A stretch of DNA of 63,962 bases, the filler included, from Choristocarpus tenellus KU-1152 (Eukaryota > Protista > Phaeophyceae), in NCBI GenBank assembly GCA_964200185.2. It is 12 parts of 12 records of this genome, joined end to end, with 100 filler letters (N's around TTAATTAATTAA, not from the genome) between each part and the next. Parts side by side here need not be neighbours in the genome. Positions count along the whole stretch, not along the records: positions 9,165 to 26,289 come from CAXNAD020000721.1; 11 more parts are not named here. One strand, 5' to 3'. Numbering within the stretch: the stretch's first letter is position 1; each line of letters starts with the position of its first letter. Below the pieces are notes generated by a model that was not told the origin of the DNA, searched no databases, and worked only from the letters and a program-made list of their open reading frames with translations. The translations under genes and the position numbers were made by a program. Below are positions 13,056 through 26,389 of this stretch, piece by piece.

Positions 13056-14014
13056 GAAGGCGTAAGTACGAGAATGTAGAGAGATGAGGGAATGAGATAG
13101 ATACAGTTAAGATCATCCCCATTAACATTACTCACCACGATGTGATGCCGCCATTGTGATGGTGGTGAAACTCTCAACCTTGAGTAAACACGTGCTGGAG
13201 TTGTACTACCTTGCTGTAGAGGCCACTTGCATATGAAGTTGCGAGCTCCAGTAGATTCTCAGCCAGAGACTACGAAGAAGCAGTGTGTAAGGATAAGGGA
13301 GGCGGCAGTAGAAATAGGGTTGGAGAAGGGAAGTATATGAAATGAAGGGCCAGCGGACGGGGGTAGGCAGGAAACGCGATGCAGCCCTTCTTAGGGAGGC
13401 TGAACATTTCGCACTTGGAGGTGTAACTCAAGTCCCTAACACGGCATGCGCAGAAGAAGGAGAAGGTACTCGATAATATATTATGACAAAGCATTCTCAA
13501 GCAACCAATAGGACTGAGGACAGACCGCATGGTTGATCGGACGGAAGAGATATCAAGGGCTTACACCAAATGAAAATGGTCATTAGCGCGGAACGTCATG
13601 ACTTCGTCTCGACCGTACCGATCCATTTGATTATCGCGGTGTGTATCTGGATGCCGAAGAGAGAATACGGAAGGAACCTCCAGCCTATGTCTAACGCGAG
13701 GATCAGTCAGTCTAAATATGAATATCTGTCTGTCGTCAAGGCCTGCCTGCTCTTGACTCGCGTTGACAAGACCACCACGTACCTACCTACAACACCAACC
13801 AACCCTTTCTCTTTCGCGAATGGAGACTGGCCCAGAACTGAAATCTCGAGAGAGGATACACACGCAAGATACCCAAAACATGGGATAGCCAATTTCGCGA
13901 CATTGATCAGCGACACTTTCGCCCACCCTCGCAACTTGAGCACAACAGGCACCCTGTGCAACTATCACCCCAATCTCTGCTACATATATACACCCTCGGG
14001 ATCCTCTGCTCTAA

Positions 14015-14232
14015 TGTTTGGGGTGGTGAGAAAGGAATATCGGCAATCCAATCTCGTCTTACTGTCGACGTAGATACGCGATGTTTAGTGGGTGTGTGGG
14101 GTGGCGAGAAAGGAATGTCGGCAATCAACTCCCACCTTACTGTCGACGTCGATACGCGATGTTTAGTGAGTGTTTGGGGTGGTGAGAAAGGAATGTCGGC
14201 AATCAACTCCCACCTTACTGTCGATGTCGAGA
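14015..14232. repeat. Tandem repeat, 78-bp unit x ~2.8
   Basis: GTTTGGGGTGGTGAGAAAGGAATGTCGGCAATC...TTACTGTCGACGT.GATACGCGATGTTTAGT repeated. Confidence 0.9.
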
Positions 14233-17200
14233 TTTGGCGGCTAACTGGAGAATCGGGACTGAAGGCGGCAATATCTGGCTTGAGGCTTATCTCGATGTCT
14301 TGTGTTTTTGGTGTGCGTCCTGTGGATGTGTTGTTCGGTTTCAAAGGAGTTGGAAGAGTTCGCGAGCGAACACTTGCGCGCACTCATGATCTGTATCAAG
14401 GTAAACAATGAAATGAGATCGGACATGCCGTGGAACAACACCCATCAGGCGTGCCGGTAGGAGTTGAAGGCAATGTCCAATTTTCTCAGCATCTGAGCTC
14501 CCTCTAGCGCCACCTACCACAAGCACCACCCTTTGCTCACCTCACACACGACGGTTGTAGGAGGAAAAGTTTTGTGACCTCTCGAATTTGCTGTGAGGAC
14601 ATGTCCTTAAGACGCAATATGGAGAGATCCTGCAGCCGACTTGTACCTTGGAGAGGGGCAGAGTATAACATGACACCAATGCACCCGCAGAAGGTGGAAT
14701 CCGACTCGAATATACGCGACGGGGACCCTGTACGTGGTTGAGGCGCTGGTGCCATATGCAGCATGACGTGGACCTCAAGAGGCTTTCAACTCTCGGGTAT
14801 CTCATCCACGCAAGGAATGTCCCACGCAAACCTCGAGTACGATGCTGTCACTTTGCGTGTTGCCAGCTATACAAGGGGGGAGGGTACAAGAGAATCGTTT
14901 TTGAGACAAGCTGTGTTAGGGATGGGACATACGGCAACCATTTGTGAAGGAGTGGAGGAGTGGAGGAGCAGTCCCGAAGTGGAAGGGGTGCCAGGTGAGA
15001 GGGATACTTTTCGACTACAGATGAAAAACCTCCGTTCATTCAGGTAGAAACGCACTGGAGATTCAATCTCTCAGTGGTTCGAGATCACGTCACTACAAAT
15101 ACTATTGTGACGATGAAGTTGAAGGGGAACTTTGAGGGAAGTGGTATGGATCCTACTACTGTATTCTTTTCGTGGATGTGTGGATGGAATGGTTGCCAAT
15201 CAAAGATCATATTTGAAAAGTTGTATGTATGTTGTAGGGTAGGTTGTACGTGGAGAGAGAGTGCGGTATGTATGTGTTGTGAAATAGTATTGGTCCGTTC
15301 GCTTGGGCTCTAGGTTCCTACTCCTTAAACCGTAAGAGTCTAGTGACCTGTGGCGCTCAAAATATTCATTCCCTCTTCTTTACTCCTACATATGGCGCCA
15401 ATTTCCGATGTGGGAGATAGGAGCGGGTCCTAGGTAGGTCTCAGCGGTGCCGTAGAAGTATGAACGCCCGCCCCACAGAGTGCTAGCTAGCTAGGTGCAA
15501 GGGCACGACCGCAAAATGATAGGCCTCTGTTTGATGGTCTTATCCCCGATCTCTACCCAGTCACGAGGGGGCGATGAATGCTTCCTGGTGATGAATACTT
15601 TGCGTCTTTCCTTTCAAAGGGAGGGGTGTCACCCCCGCATTAAATATAGCATGTTGCGTAGTCCGTGGAGGGCTTCGTGGGTCTAGTGGTCTCAGTGGGG
15701 GACTTGGCGCACTTGGTGAGGTCACCTCCTACCATGTGTGGTGCACATTTTCGTATCTGCATTGTTGCTATGAGGGGGTAGGGTTTCCTTTTGTGAGCAA
15801 ACGCGCCTGGGATGGAAAACATGGCTCTTTCCAGCCTCCAAAGGGTGGGCTCGGGTTTCTATGTTGACGTACTGTGAGGGAGACAGGGGACAGTCCGTAA
15901 CACAAAAATACTGGTCTGTATAACTCTATTGATGAAGACACACCAAACCTTAGCATTGCAAGCCCAACAGCACAGGGTAGGCTAGTGTAAATGCAGACTA
16001 TAATTCATAGTGTATTTGATGACAAGCTGAGTATACAGGCATTAGAGAGTCAATGCCAAGACCGGGGGAAAGAATTCCACCCTCAGTCTCCAGACCTTGC
16101 CAGTAGCATGTTCTCGAAACAATATTTGCAGGCCAGGTATGGGTTCGGCGAGGAGAAGCTGGTTTACAGGGACGGCTTTAAATATGTGATTGCTAAGGCT
16201 TCGGACTGGAGGAGATGGGGGCAACGTGGAAGAGAGGTAAGGTCAAGAAGGAGGGCGATATTATGTACGATATCATTCGACTGTGAGTGGTGCTGCTTTC
16301 TCAGGTGTAGATTAGTGTAGATGTGATTTATGTTGCAAAAGATGTCCTTATCCTGTTGGCGATCCCTTTGCCTCCTGAGGATTGATTGCCTTGACTCAAT
16401 TCATGTTTTGTTCAGTACATGGTGGGTATTTGTGGGGTAGTTCAAATTTGAGGCCATGAAACAACATATGGTTATAACGGCAACAGCTTTGCCGCTTGCC
16501 GAGGTCAATATTTTTCTTGGTTTGATTGACAAGAACATTGTTACGAGTATGACATGTGCTGCAGAATAATTTCAGGTGATTTCCTGTGTTGCAGCATGAG
16601 TTGAGCAGTCTTTTTGAGAAGGGGGTTCCAATGCAGTGTGTGACCTTGGCGACCATGTAGTGTCCCCACTGCACCAGGCCAAGCCTTGTGTGAGGATTGA
16701 AAGTAGTTGAAAATACCATCTATCAGGTATCTGTCTGAGTTAGGACCAAATGCAAGGTGATAATGGTTTGGGGGATAAGTACTTTATTTCATCTTTGTCA
16801 AGGCTGCTGTCATTGAAGAGCACGAACCTTTGTGTTGGTGTGGGTATTTGTGGTGGGAAACTTGACTAAGCGAAATGATTTTGGTGTTTTTTTTAAATTT
16901 TTTAATTTTTTGAAGGGAGAATGATAGATGGTAAAAGAAGACTTTGGTTGACAAAATCCTAGTGGACATGCTGTCAAGAGCCTTCCTGGAGGCAAGAGTC
17001 CTTGCGTGAACACTGCAACTTCATATTGTTCACACCCCTCCTGTAAGTAGCTGGAGGAGGAGAAGTGGGGTACCACTAGGGCATCGAGATGTTCCTATTA
17101 TTTTGTTTACGGAGATCCTGTAGAGGTTTGTCCAACCGGCCTCGAGCTTCTGGCATTGTTTCACCGGCCAAGGTGTGACTCTTGTTCTTGTGCACAGTTG

Positions 17201-18570
17201 CTTCAATCCTATCTCTGGAGAGTACCTCCCTGCCTGGACTAACAAGGGTTGTTGTTCCTTCCTGTAGTAAAGGATGGATGGGGCCTCTTGTTTCACTGCC
17301 CAGTTGTACTTGTTGATTTTGTTCTGATTCAAAATAGAAAAAAAAAAGTAACGCGGTGTAATTTATTTTGGGTGTGCGAGGATCAAGCCGTGATGTTTGT
17401 GAGAATCTTAGATTCCCTCCTTGGTTGTATTGTGCACGGTGCAAAGTAGACAGAAACAGCAGCACTCCATTCCATGATTCATGTAGACAGGTGGCTCAGT
17501 CTTTCAAACGGTCAGACAGGCAAAATCCCACATATCTCTGGGACTATTTTTTTGTATCTGCATACTATTAGTGTAGTAGGAAACGTGTTTGATCCCCTAG
17601 TTTGGCCAATATTATTATTACTATTATTATCATTGTTATTATTATTTTCTTGTACGTGTTGGATTTGTTATGTGGGCGGAAAGACCTTTTTGGTAAGGGA
17701 TCAGAACTAGTTGGGGATACACACCCCTCTGAGACCTTGGAGTCCAAACTTGGAAAATTGTGTGTGTCACTACTTTGAACAAGGTTAGTCCGTCCCTTGT
17801 TGGGGCTGCGGTTGGCATGCAATTGATTTCCTTTCTGAATCTGTGTTATGGAGTTGAAAAAACTTGCCCCAGGCGTAGTACAATTCCATTACCCTTACAA
17901 CTACCGTATCCACTAGTGCATAATATTGTACTATCTCAAGGAAGGGAGGGGGCAGGGCACCGCCTTGAAGACACATGCTGTATTGAGAGTGGAGTGACTC
18001 ATAAATGCATTGGCTGCAGGCTGGGTGTATTCAGGCAGAAAGAGTAGTACTTTGAGGACTGATTCATGAGTGGCCTGCATGTTGAAAAAGTAGATGAGTC
18101 ATTGTGGGCCGTGGACTCTTGTGACTGGCAACCAATAAATTTTCAAGATGAATAGTTGAGAAATATGAGAAGTGAAGTCAGTATGTCTGTTCAATGAAAA
18201 CAAAATATCACCCGTTGCTTGAAGAATTTTAGTGAATTGAGATCAGAAATTTGGTGTGTCTTTAGGGTTAGGCTTGGTTTTTCAACCTACTCAGAAGGCG
18301 GTGCTGTATCTAGATTGATGAGTAAATTATGAGGAGGGGATCATATTCAATTCCGGTGGGTGCCCTCTCCCCTCGTACAATGGCGGCCCGTTTCTTATGC
18401 ACTATCCCCAACGCTGCCATGACAATACTCCACCTTTGGAGAACCTCTGGCTTTCTTTTATAGTGACAAACCTTCTCCTCTGCACCATTCCTCTCCCCCC
18501 CCCCCCCCCCTGCTGCTGTTCCCATCGCCATCACCACTTCACCGGGAATAATCATTGGTATACCCTACAG

Positions 18571-18799
18571 TATCCTAGGGTACTGCTTACTCCCAGTGAT
18601 ACTGTTAGCAGCCGTTAACATTGCAGTGGACCTCACAGGGGTTTTGGGGCAAGTGTTAGGGACTGCCTCAGTTTTGTGGTGTACCTTTGCTGCGACACGT
18701 CTGTTTGAGGAGTACCTCGGAATGCGCCAGCAGAGGTACCTGGTGGCCTATCCTGTCTGTCTTCTGTACTGGAGCTTTGTGCTGATCACCATATACTGA
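18571..18799 (+). CDS. YIPF5: Yip1/YIPF5-family Golgi membrane protein, terminal exon
   Basis: ctacag|T then ILGYCLLPVILL...WC..AA...GM..QRYLVAYP..LLY..F.LIT.Y* matches the Yip1/YIPF5 C-terminus. Confidence 0.85.
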
Positions 18800-21700
18800 G
18801 GGGAGGGGGAGTGCAGATGTGGCTGGTTTATGAGGGAGGCTAGCTGTGGAGGAGAGCGTTCCTGGCGTAGAGCCTGTGTTGGGTTGTGTTTGGGCAGTCT
18901 GTTGGGGGGTAGGTTTACTAGTGTGTTGATGGGCATTGTATTTTGTTGTCTTTTGTGTCCTGAGTGTGTGTGAATATGTGTTAGGGAGGGTGTTTTGGGT
19001 TTGGTGTTGGTGGTCAATGGTTCAATAAGTACTGCCAATGGTTCTCGTGTTATGGTTATGGTGGGGTGAAGCGAGATTTTTGTGACATCTGTTTAGAATG
19101 GAATGGTATGATAGGGGCAGTGCAAACTCAAGGAAGGAGCACTACTGACACAAAGACATGACATAGAAACCTTGCAAATACATGTGACCACCATGCACCA
19201 CGCATAGTACCTGAATGGAACCATAACATCTAACTCGGCGTTGGATGCCTAGAGGATGCCTTGTATGAGGAAAACCATTATATCTTGATCATCCTTTGCC
19301 AGGCAATGGCCCCATGATACTTTTAGTTGGAGTGTGTAGTTGGCCTCCGATTGTTTATTGACGATATTTTGAGTTTGCCACTGTAGTGCTTAATCTCTTC
19401 CCTTGTTTTTGAGATTGGTACTTTGAAGTAGAACCCTGCCCATGTGGGACACACCAATACTCCTCAGTGTTGAGCCGTTCGCCACCGTGTTGTTTGCTGC
19501 AGGTTGTGCTACAAACAGTATCGCAGACTAAGTTGCAGTATGTTGCGATTTCAATGTCAATTTTTTAGAATGGTGAAGTAAGTATTTTGTGTGCGTTGTA
19601 TTCTTTTCTTTGTGATACCTACTTACCTTGGCATTGCTCTGCATGGTACATTATCAAACAGTTGAAACATTTGATCCATCCATTATTGTGAGATTTGTTC
19701 ATTACTACTTTTATGTCTCTGGAGACAGAGGAAAGAGGCGGCCTGGGACTGATGCCCCAGAATAGTCTACCTGCAGCAACACTTGGTCTTTGTTATTGGA
19801 GACAGGGCTTGCGACCGACTCGATTTTTGTATATAATTCTGGTTCTACCATTGATGGTACTACGAGTATTGTTAAACTTATGCCTGTGAATGATTGGAAG
19901 TACACGAGGTAATGATATAAGATGCCACAGGCCGCTTCCAAAGCAGTGTCCTAATAAATGCAGGAAGTAACTGATATTGTTTTCACCTGCCTCTTCTTAT
20001 TACAAATCAAGTAGGGTGACGATGAAAGTACAGATGTGTAGACCATGGGAAAAGCGTGTGTGAGGTGGTCTAGCTGAAAAGGAAAAGCATCACTCAACTC
20101 AAGTTTTCCGTTGAGGAATTTTATGTGGGTCGTTTGAAGTAATACAGGTGCACCGATATTGGTTAGTTCATTTGTGGTTGTGCGTGTCGGAGGCCGAGGC
20201 AAGGAGGGTCCAGCAATGGAATACAAGGTTTGTCAGCGGTAGCGAGAGAGGCCCAACCCAGCCAAAGGCAGCGCAATGAAGAAGTGGCTAATGAAGTTGA
20301 TGTGGTCGATGCAGTTGGGAGATGTCGATGCATTGGCAACTAGAAGAGACGAGTGATTCATGTATGAAGTTTGGGAGAGTGGATGGTAAATGGCAATGTA
20401 ATATAGAACGTAGGTGCACGATAGGGAGCAAAGAATGGGTCAATACTTGAATGACTTTCATATATAGGGTATTTGTGCCCATGACGTGGCCAGGATAGTT
20501 GTGGTAACCGGTCTGACCACAAATAGCAAACACACAGCTTCCTAGATAGGCAAGGTTAGAGGAGGACTATGTCATTCAACACATGAATTTCGATATTTTG
20601 TACCCTAAGGCTAACCTGTCCAGCAGGTCTTCTGACATGATTGATGCTGAGGAGTGAGTTGTAGGTTTGTTTTTGTCTTCTAGTCCCTGAGATATGGATA
20701 GGTAAATTGTGTGTGTTTTTAAAGGAGTAGAGAGGATTTGGGGGTTTGGTGAAAGGACATGTGCTGTCTGCCATCGATAATAGCAAGGAATAGGAAGGAT
20801 TACTGTATTGTTTATGGGTTGGTGGGTGAAGTGGAATACAGTTGAGTCAGGCACTCCAGAACTGGACTAGGACCATGAAATAGCAAGTGGGAGTGGGTAT
20901 CGCATAAACTGTGAGGGTGTGGGTGTCCTGCCACCTAATATCTGGCAAATCGTTTTTATTGGTGTGATAGCTTGTGTCATTCATTTTTTTGTTTTTAGAC
21001 TCGATGAATCTTTCTTAGTCTGTCATGGCCTTTGCCACAGGAAGATCAATGTGTGTGTGCCATCATGTGCGTGCTTATGGTACATATCTGGCAACGCTAT
21101 GTTCTCTACTGTTGAAGTTGCAGTGAGGTTGCATGGTTTGCTCGGAATGGTAGGTGTTGATGAGGTGGTAGAAAGATTTGAGCAACAGGAGTTGTATACT
21201 TCACAATATATTGTCAGCTCTGAAATGCTTTTGAGATACGGTCAAAGACTTGCTCAATTGATACAATCACTTTCATCGAAGCTCCCAACTAAATGCTAAA
21301 AAATGCAAACTCCATTTCTTTGGTGAGCTAAATCACTTGCATCATCTACCATAAACTGTGGTACATTAGTTTGCTGTATACAGGTAGACTATTTTTGATG
21401 CCGTTGCATGTATTGCAATGATTCTGTAATGTGTTTTGTTGGCACGTTTCTGACCCAGGAATGCTTTGCATGTGCAAGATCATCTCTAATGTTTTTGAGG
21501 ATAGTTTGGAATATGTGAAGAGTAGTAGTATGTTTGGAAGTAAGGACTCCCACAAGTGCAAGATAATAAAAAAGAGAAGAACTGGACCTTCATTTATTGC
21601 TCTGTAATATTACTGTGAACACCCAAAAACAAACCCTTAAGGTGGAGACTCGGCTTCATTTTGCCTAGCTTCATTATGTATGCACCTACCGACGTTTTGG

Positions 21701-23968
21701 CGGAGAACTGGAGGAGAGGGTAATTGCATATTTGATCAGATTCTCATTGAATTACTGTTGTTGAAGTTGAAATATCTTCTTTATCGCAGTAGAGTGATTG
21801 GTGTTGGGAGGAATGAAAGAGGATGCGTCATGTCCAGGACCAACTCTCACCATGAAAAAGACTCGTCATTGATGCTTTCTGCACATCACCATGCGCCTCA
21901 CAAGACAATAACGAACAAATACGTGCAGTGGTAGTGGTAGTTGTAGTGTGTTGAACACATTGCACATACAAATAAGAAACAAACACTTCATACCTCCTCC
22001 AAAATAAAACATGAAAATACATGTAATTCCACAGAAGGCAGTGTGGTGGTGGTGTTTTGTGGTACACTTAATCAGACATACTACTTCGAATACAAACAAT
22101 AGACACATACTATTCACAGTTTCTCTGAGACCAAGAAATGCAAGCAGAATCCACCACAATCCTAGCAATTGGTAAACCATACGAGCCTAAGTTGTTGTAC
22201 CTCAACAATCTACTCAGGCCCTAGGAAGTCAAAAGTGGGCTGAACTCATTACCAACCAGTCGGTAACATCCCCACCATTTGCCCCAAGGTTCTGCTAGTA
22301 CGTGTGACATGTACATAGTGCTCCTTCCAGTGCATGCACTGTTCTCCCACCATATTGCTGAACATAACGCAACTTCAAATATTGAAACCCATCATGCCGT
22401 TGAACACGATTGTCTGCCCAATTAACATCCAAAGTTGTAGCATACTTGCCACAACCCCCAGGACTTCAACCTCCAGGTATGAGCTACGATTAAGTATCCT
22501 CTCATCAATATTCCTCAGGAGGAGATTGCGTTGCTGCTCCATTGCCCTTTCCACTTGCCAGATTTTATCCATCTCAACGTGGAGGTGTTGGAAATGACCG
22601 TTCAACCGTTCCCAACCAGCCACACTGGTCGTGGCACCGTTGGCAATCCAGTAACAACCATTGCATCACCCAAGTGGCAATGTGGGTTCTGCACCTCCGT
22701 ATAAAGCGTTGCCTGGAGACACAAAGGTGTACAAAACACTGTAATAATGCCTGCCTGCTATGTTGTTGGGGGCATGATTCATCATGTTGGTCAGTGTCTG
22801 CAAGAAGTAGATGTGTACAACATTCACTAATTAACTGGTTCAAAAAGGTGAGAGGTGATGAGCTGGAACGACGTGAATGATATAGGGTTAAAGGATTACT
22901 AATGGTGGACATAATGCAAAATATTCAACAGAGGCATATTAGTTGTATATCATCTTGTCCTTCTTGAGAGCGTTTAACGGGGTGTAGAAATCACTTCTAA
23001 CTGCCGTCCGCATGGCTTAGGTACATATTGAATCTATTGAGTAGCACCCCAAATGTCCTTCAACCCTGCACACATCTCTCGCCAATCTGTCCATCTGTCC
23101 CTTCAATGTGGATGGGAGTGTTAACCTCCGTAGATCCTCCTTGTTGATGATGTAGCAGTCAGTACCCACCAATTTACAAGAAATAAGGATTGCGTTTAGG
23201 AAGGAAACGGAAATGATTTGATGACTTGGAGTTCTCTAAACCCTGCTTACAGGAGACTAGCTGATGCAATGATGGGCGTACTACCAGCACCAGTACAAAT
23301 ATGGTAGGAACTGCTACAAGGATAACACAACTACTCAACCGAAAAATACCAGCACTACTGCTTACTCTACTTGGAGCTATCATTTCTAACACCACCACGA
23401 GTATAGTGAGTAATTGTGCTATAATGATCAGATGAACAGCCGCCACTACTCACTGTAAATGAGAACTACTTCCATCACGACTCATTACAAGTGAATGACA
23501 AGGGGCACTATCCATCCCAGCACATATAAGAACGACAAGGGTTGTAATCAGACAGTGTGGTTTGCAGCGAGCTTGTTGAAAAAATGAGGTGCCACTGTGG
23601 AAGAAGCAATGTGTAGAAGCATGGAGAAGGAACGAAGAATAGATGCAGCACCAGTGTCAAAGAAGAACCTGATACAATAGCATGTCTTCAAGGGATACTA
23701 TGAACATAGTATACAATTTATAATGCTTTATCCACAGGTTCAAGAATAGAAAATATACAATATGAACGCATTTGATGAACAGTGCTAGTACTAGTAATCC
23801 AGCCACGAAGATCCCCTCCAAGTAACAGGTTGGATATCAACGCTTGGTCAGACCACATAGCTCTAACCCTAACCCTAATTTCAAACCCGAGGGTCATCCA
23901 ACAAACATTACAAAGCGATTGTGCATATCATACATCATACAAGAAGTTTGCGTACATATGACCCAAGT

Positions 23969-24209
23969 CATTTGAGAGGTAGGCAGGATTGGAACCTTTT
24001 GCATTCGAAGCCATCTTTCTTATTCTGTGCAATACACTCTATTTCATTGCTATATATCCAGAATAGTGTAGACAAAATGGATCTTCTCCCTTTCCACACA
24101 CAGAGTGACACCACAATTCACCAAAGGCTCTTCCTGCAATTTTATAAAATGGTGTATTTTTGCCCTTCATTGGGATCCTTAAAATACAACCCTGCCTACC
24201 TCTCAATTG
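23969..24209. mobile_element. MITE family C, intact copy (partial third copy from ~36524)
   Basis: TIRs CATTTGAGAGGTAGGCAGG ... CCTGCCTACCTCTCAATTG. Confidence 0.75.
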
Positions 24210-25130
24210 ATTTGGCTCGTATCCAGCAAGCACTGGCCAGAGTATACCAAAAAGTATATATCCACCATTGACATCATTGGGAGTGGTGGATCGACCCTAT
24301 CCTTCTCCAGTCGCAGATCCATCCACCTCTTCCTCCCCTCCATCTGACAATTACCATGCTCTTGGTATCACTCTCAACCTCCTTGTTGGAGGCATTCTTG
24401 CAATGGGTCCTGCAGTCCACAACTCTGTGACTCCCGATAGTTATTTCTATTCGCTCTACTCGCGGTTCGATGCATCCACAAGAAAACAGCGCAAATTGGC
24501 CACGAACTGTCCTAAACAGTTTGGAGCCACTTCCTCTTCCTCTTCCTCTACAACTGTGCATCCCCCGTCACACGAGCTGCTTTCCTGGGGACTTCGGCAT
24601 GTCCACGGACAGGTTGAAGTCATCATCAAGAGTTACAACTGCTTTTTGTACAAGCTCTTGTCGATGACCATGTGCAGCACTTTTATTGTTCCAAAGGTCT
24701 CTTTCCAGTGTGAGCATAGAGTTAATCTCTGAGTTGGTCGAAGACCTGTACCATCCTGGGCATGAGAATATTATCATTCTTCATATACATACTTCTCATG
24801 CTGTCAGCCTATACAAGTGACAGTGTTACTTTACAAAATACAATGCGATTGGTGAATTACTATATGGCGAAAAGATATATACATACCTTGCCTCGTCTGC
24901 GTGTGAGAGGTGAACAGTTGACACTCCCTCGGCACAGAAAATGTCGACCACCTTGAAGCCCTCCCTGAAGAATATCACCTGGTCGCCAGTACTGAACTTC
25001 CCCCGTAGCTGGAGTGTTCCCTGGTGTTCCCTTCTACAGTCTCCTTCTGGTGAACAGTGAAAGGAAGGAACCCAATCCGTTTTAGTCTGGTGCCTCTTTT
25101 CGCGCAATACAAACATTGCCCACTTCTAGT

Positions 25131-25316
25131 GGCTCAAAGTATCTGGGGGGGGGGGTGGCGGCTATCCATTCCAGATCCATTTTTCCATGTCGCGATTTTT
25201 GGGTGGATTTGGTTGCATGCGTAAGATGGATAATGTAAGTGAACTTCTCCTGGTCAGGGCCCGAATGGACACCCCGGGGTAGAACCCCCCCCCTCCCCCT
25301 CAAGATACTTTGAGCC
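25131..25316 (+). mobile_element. MITE family B, complete copy
   Basis: Perfect 14-bp terminal inverted repeat GGCTCAAAGTATCT ... AGATACTTTGAGCC flanking G and C runs. Confidence 0.85.
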
Positions 25317-26389
25317 TGAACAACCTATGCAAAAATAGCCTTTTTCGCAAAAATTCATTACTTTTCAATAATCCAAAACACTATGGATTCTTGCAAAATG
25401 GTGTAAAACGTGATACCTCTAACTCGTCCGAACGCAAAAGATGTACCAAAGAAAAGCTATAGATTTCGGAAGATGTGTTCGATGATGCATTTTTCTCCAG
25501 TTAGACCATATGTCACATGCATAATAAATTTCAGGTTTGTTGTGTTTTTAGCGTACGACAAACTGCTTTGTTTTGAAACCTGAGATCGAATGGATCGTGC
25601 TATTGTACGGTGGCAGGATGGTTGTGGTGAAGGGGTGTCACAATGCAATGAAGCACCAGTGACTTCGGGCTGATGAACCTAGTGACATGCTTTGCACAGT
25701 CAGAGGTTATCTGGTACAGCGATGTGGGGTATTCCTTGGTACATTCGAAGGAAGAGATTCGTGCTGTGTATAGAAGCTTGTCACCTTGCGAAGAAGGGTT
25801 TTGTGGATATTTTAACTCTGAACATATTGCATCCAGTTTTGTATCAGGTACACTTAGGGCAGAGTGAATTCGAGAGGTCTAAGCACTAAGTGGGGGCAAA
25901 GCCCAACCAGAGAAAAATGAACAATCGACATATGAGATGGAACAGGTGGTTCTGATGTGAAGATAAAAAAACAAAGAAACAAACTGGAATCAATACCTGT
26001 GACAATTCATATGGCACATACTATGCTTGTATGTTTGATAAATATATAGATATCGACTGTTCCATACTTGCTATGTGTATCATGGGTTCTTACAGTAATT
26101 GGGAATCCTATGATGAGGTGTCAATAAATAAATGTGAGTAACGACCTGTTGTACCGATGTGCGAAAATCAACAGTATGAACTGGCAATATTGTACTGTTG
26201 TTATTATGCCGTCTGTGGAAAGCATGTTTGTCTGTTATTATACCGTATTGCTCGTATACCATATACCGTTATACCGTGGTACTGAGTGANNNNNNNNNNN
26301 NNNNNNNNNNNNNNNNNNNNNNNNNNNNNNNNNTTAATTAATTAANNNNNNNNNNNNNNNNNNNNNNNNNNNNNNNNNNNNNNNNNNNN

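Noticed and set aside
14015-14232. CRISPR-like array
   Set aside because: Units are contiguous repeats without unique spacers; no cas genes; eukaryotic context.
15349-15902. Solo LTR candidate (TGT...ACA)
   Set aside because: No TSD and no second copy in the window.
19200-23200. Coding-like minus-strand fragments (also 16400-17330, 24270-24780, 42200-43100)
   Set aside because: Many stops and frameshifts and no motif I can recognise; probably old TE or pseudogene debris, but not supportable.
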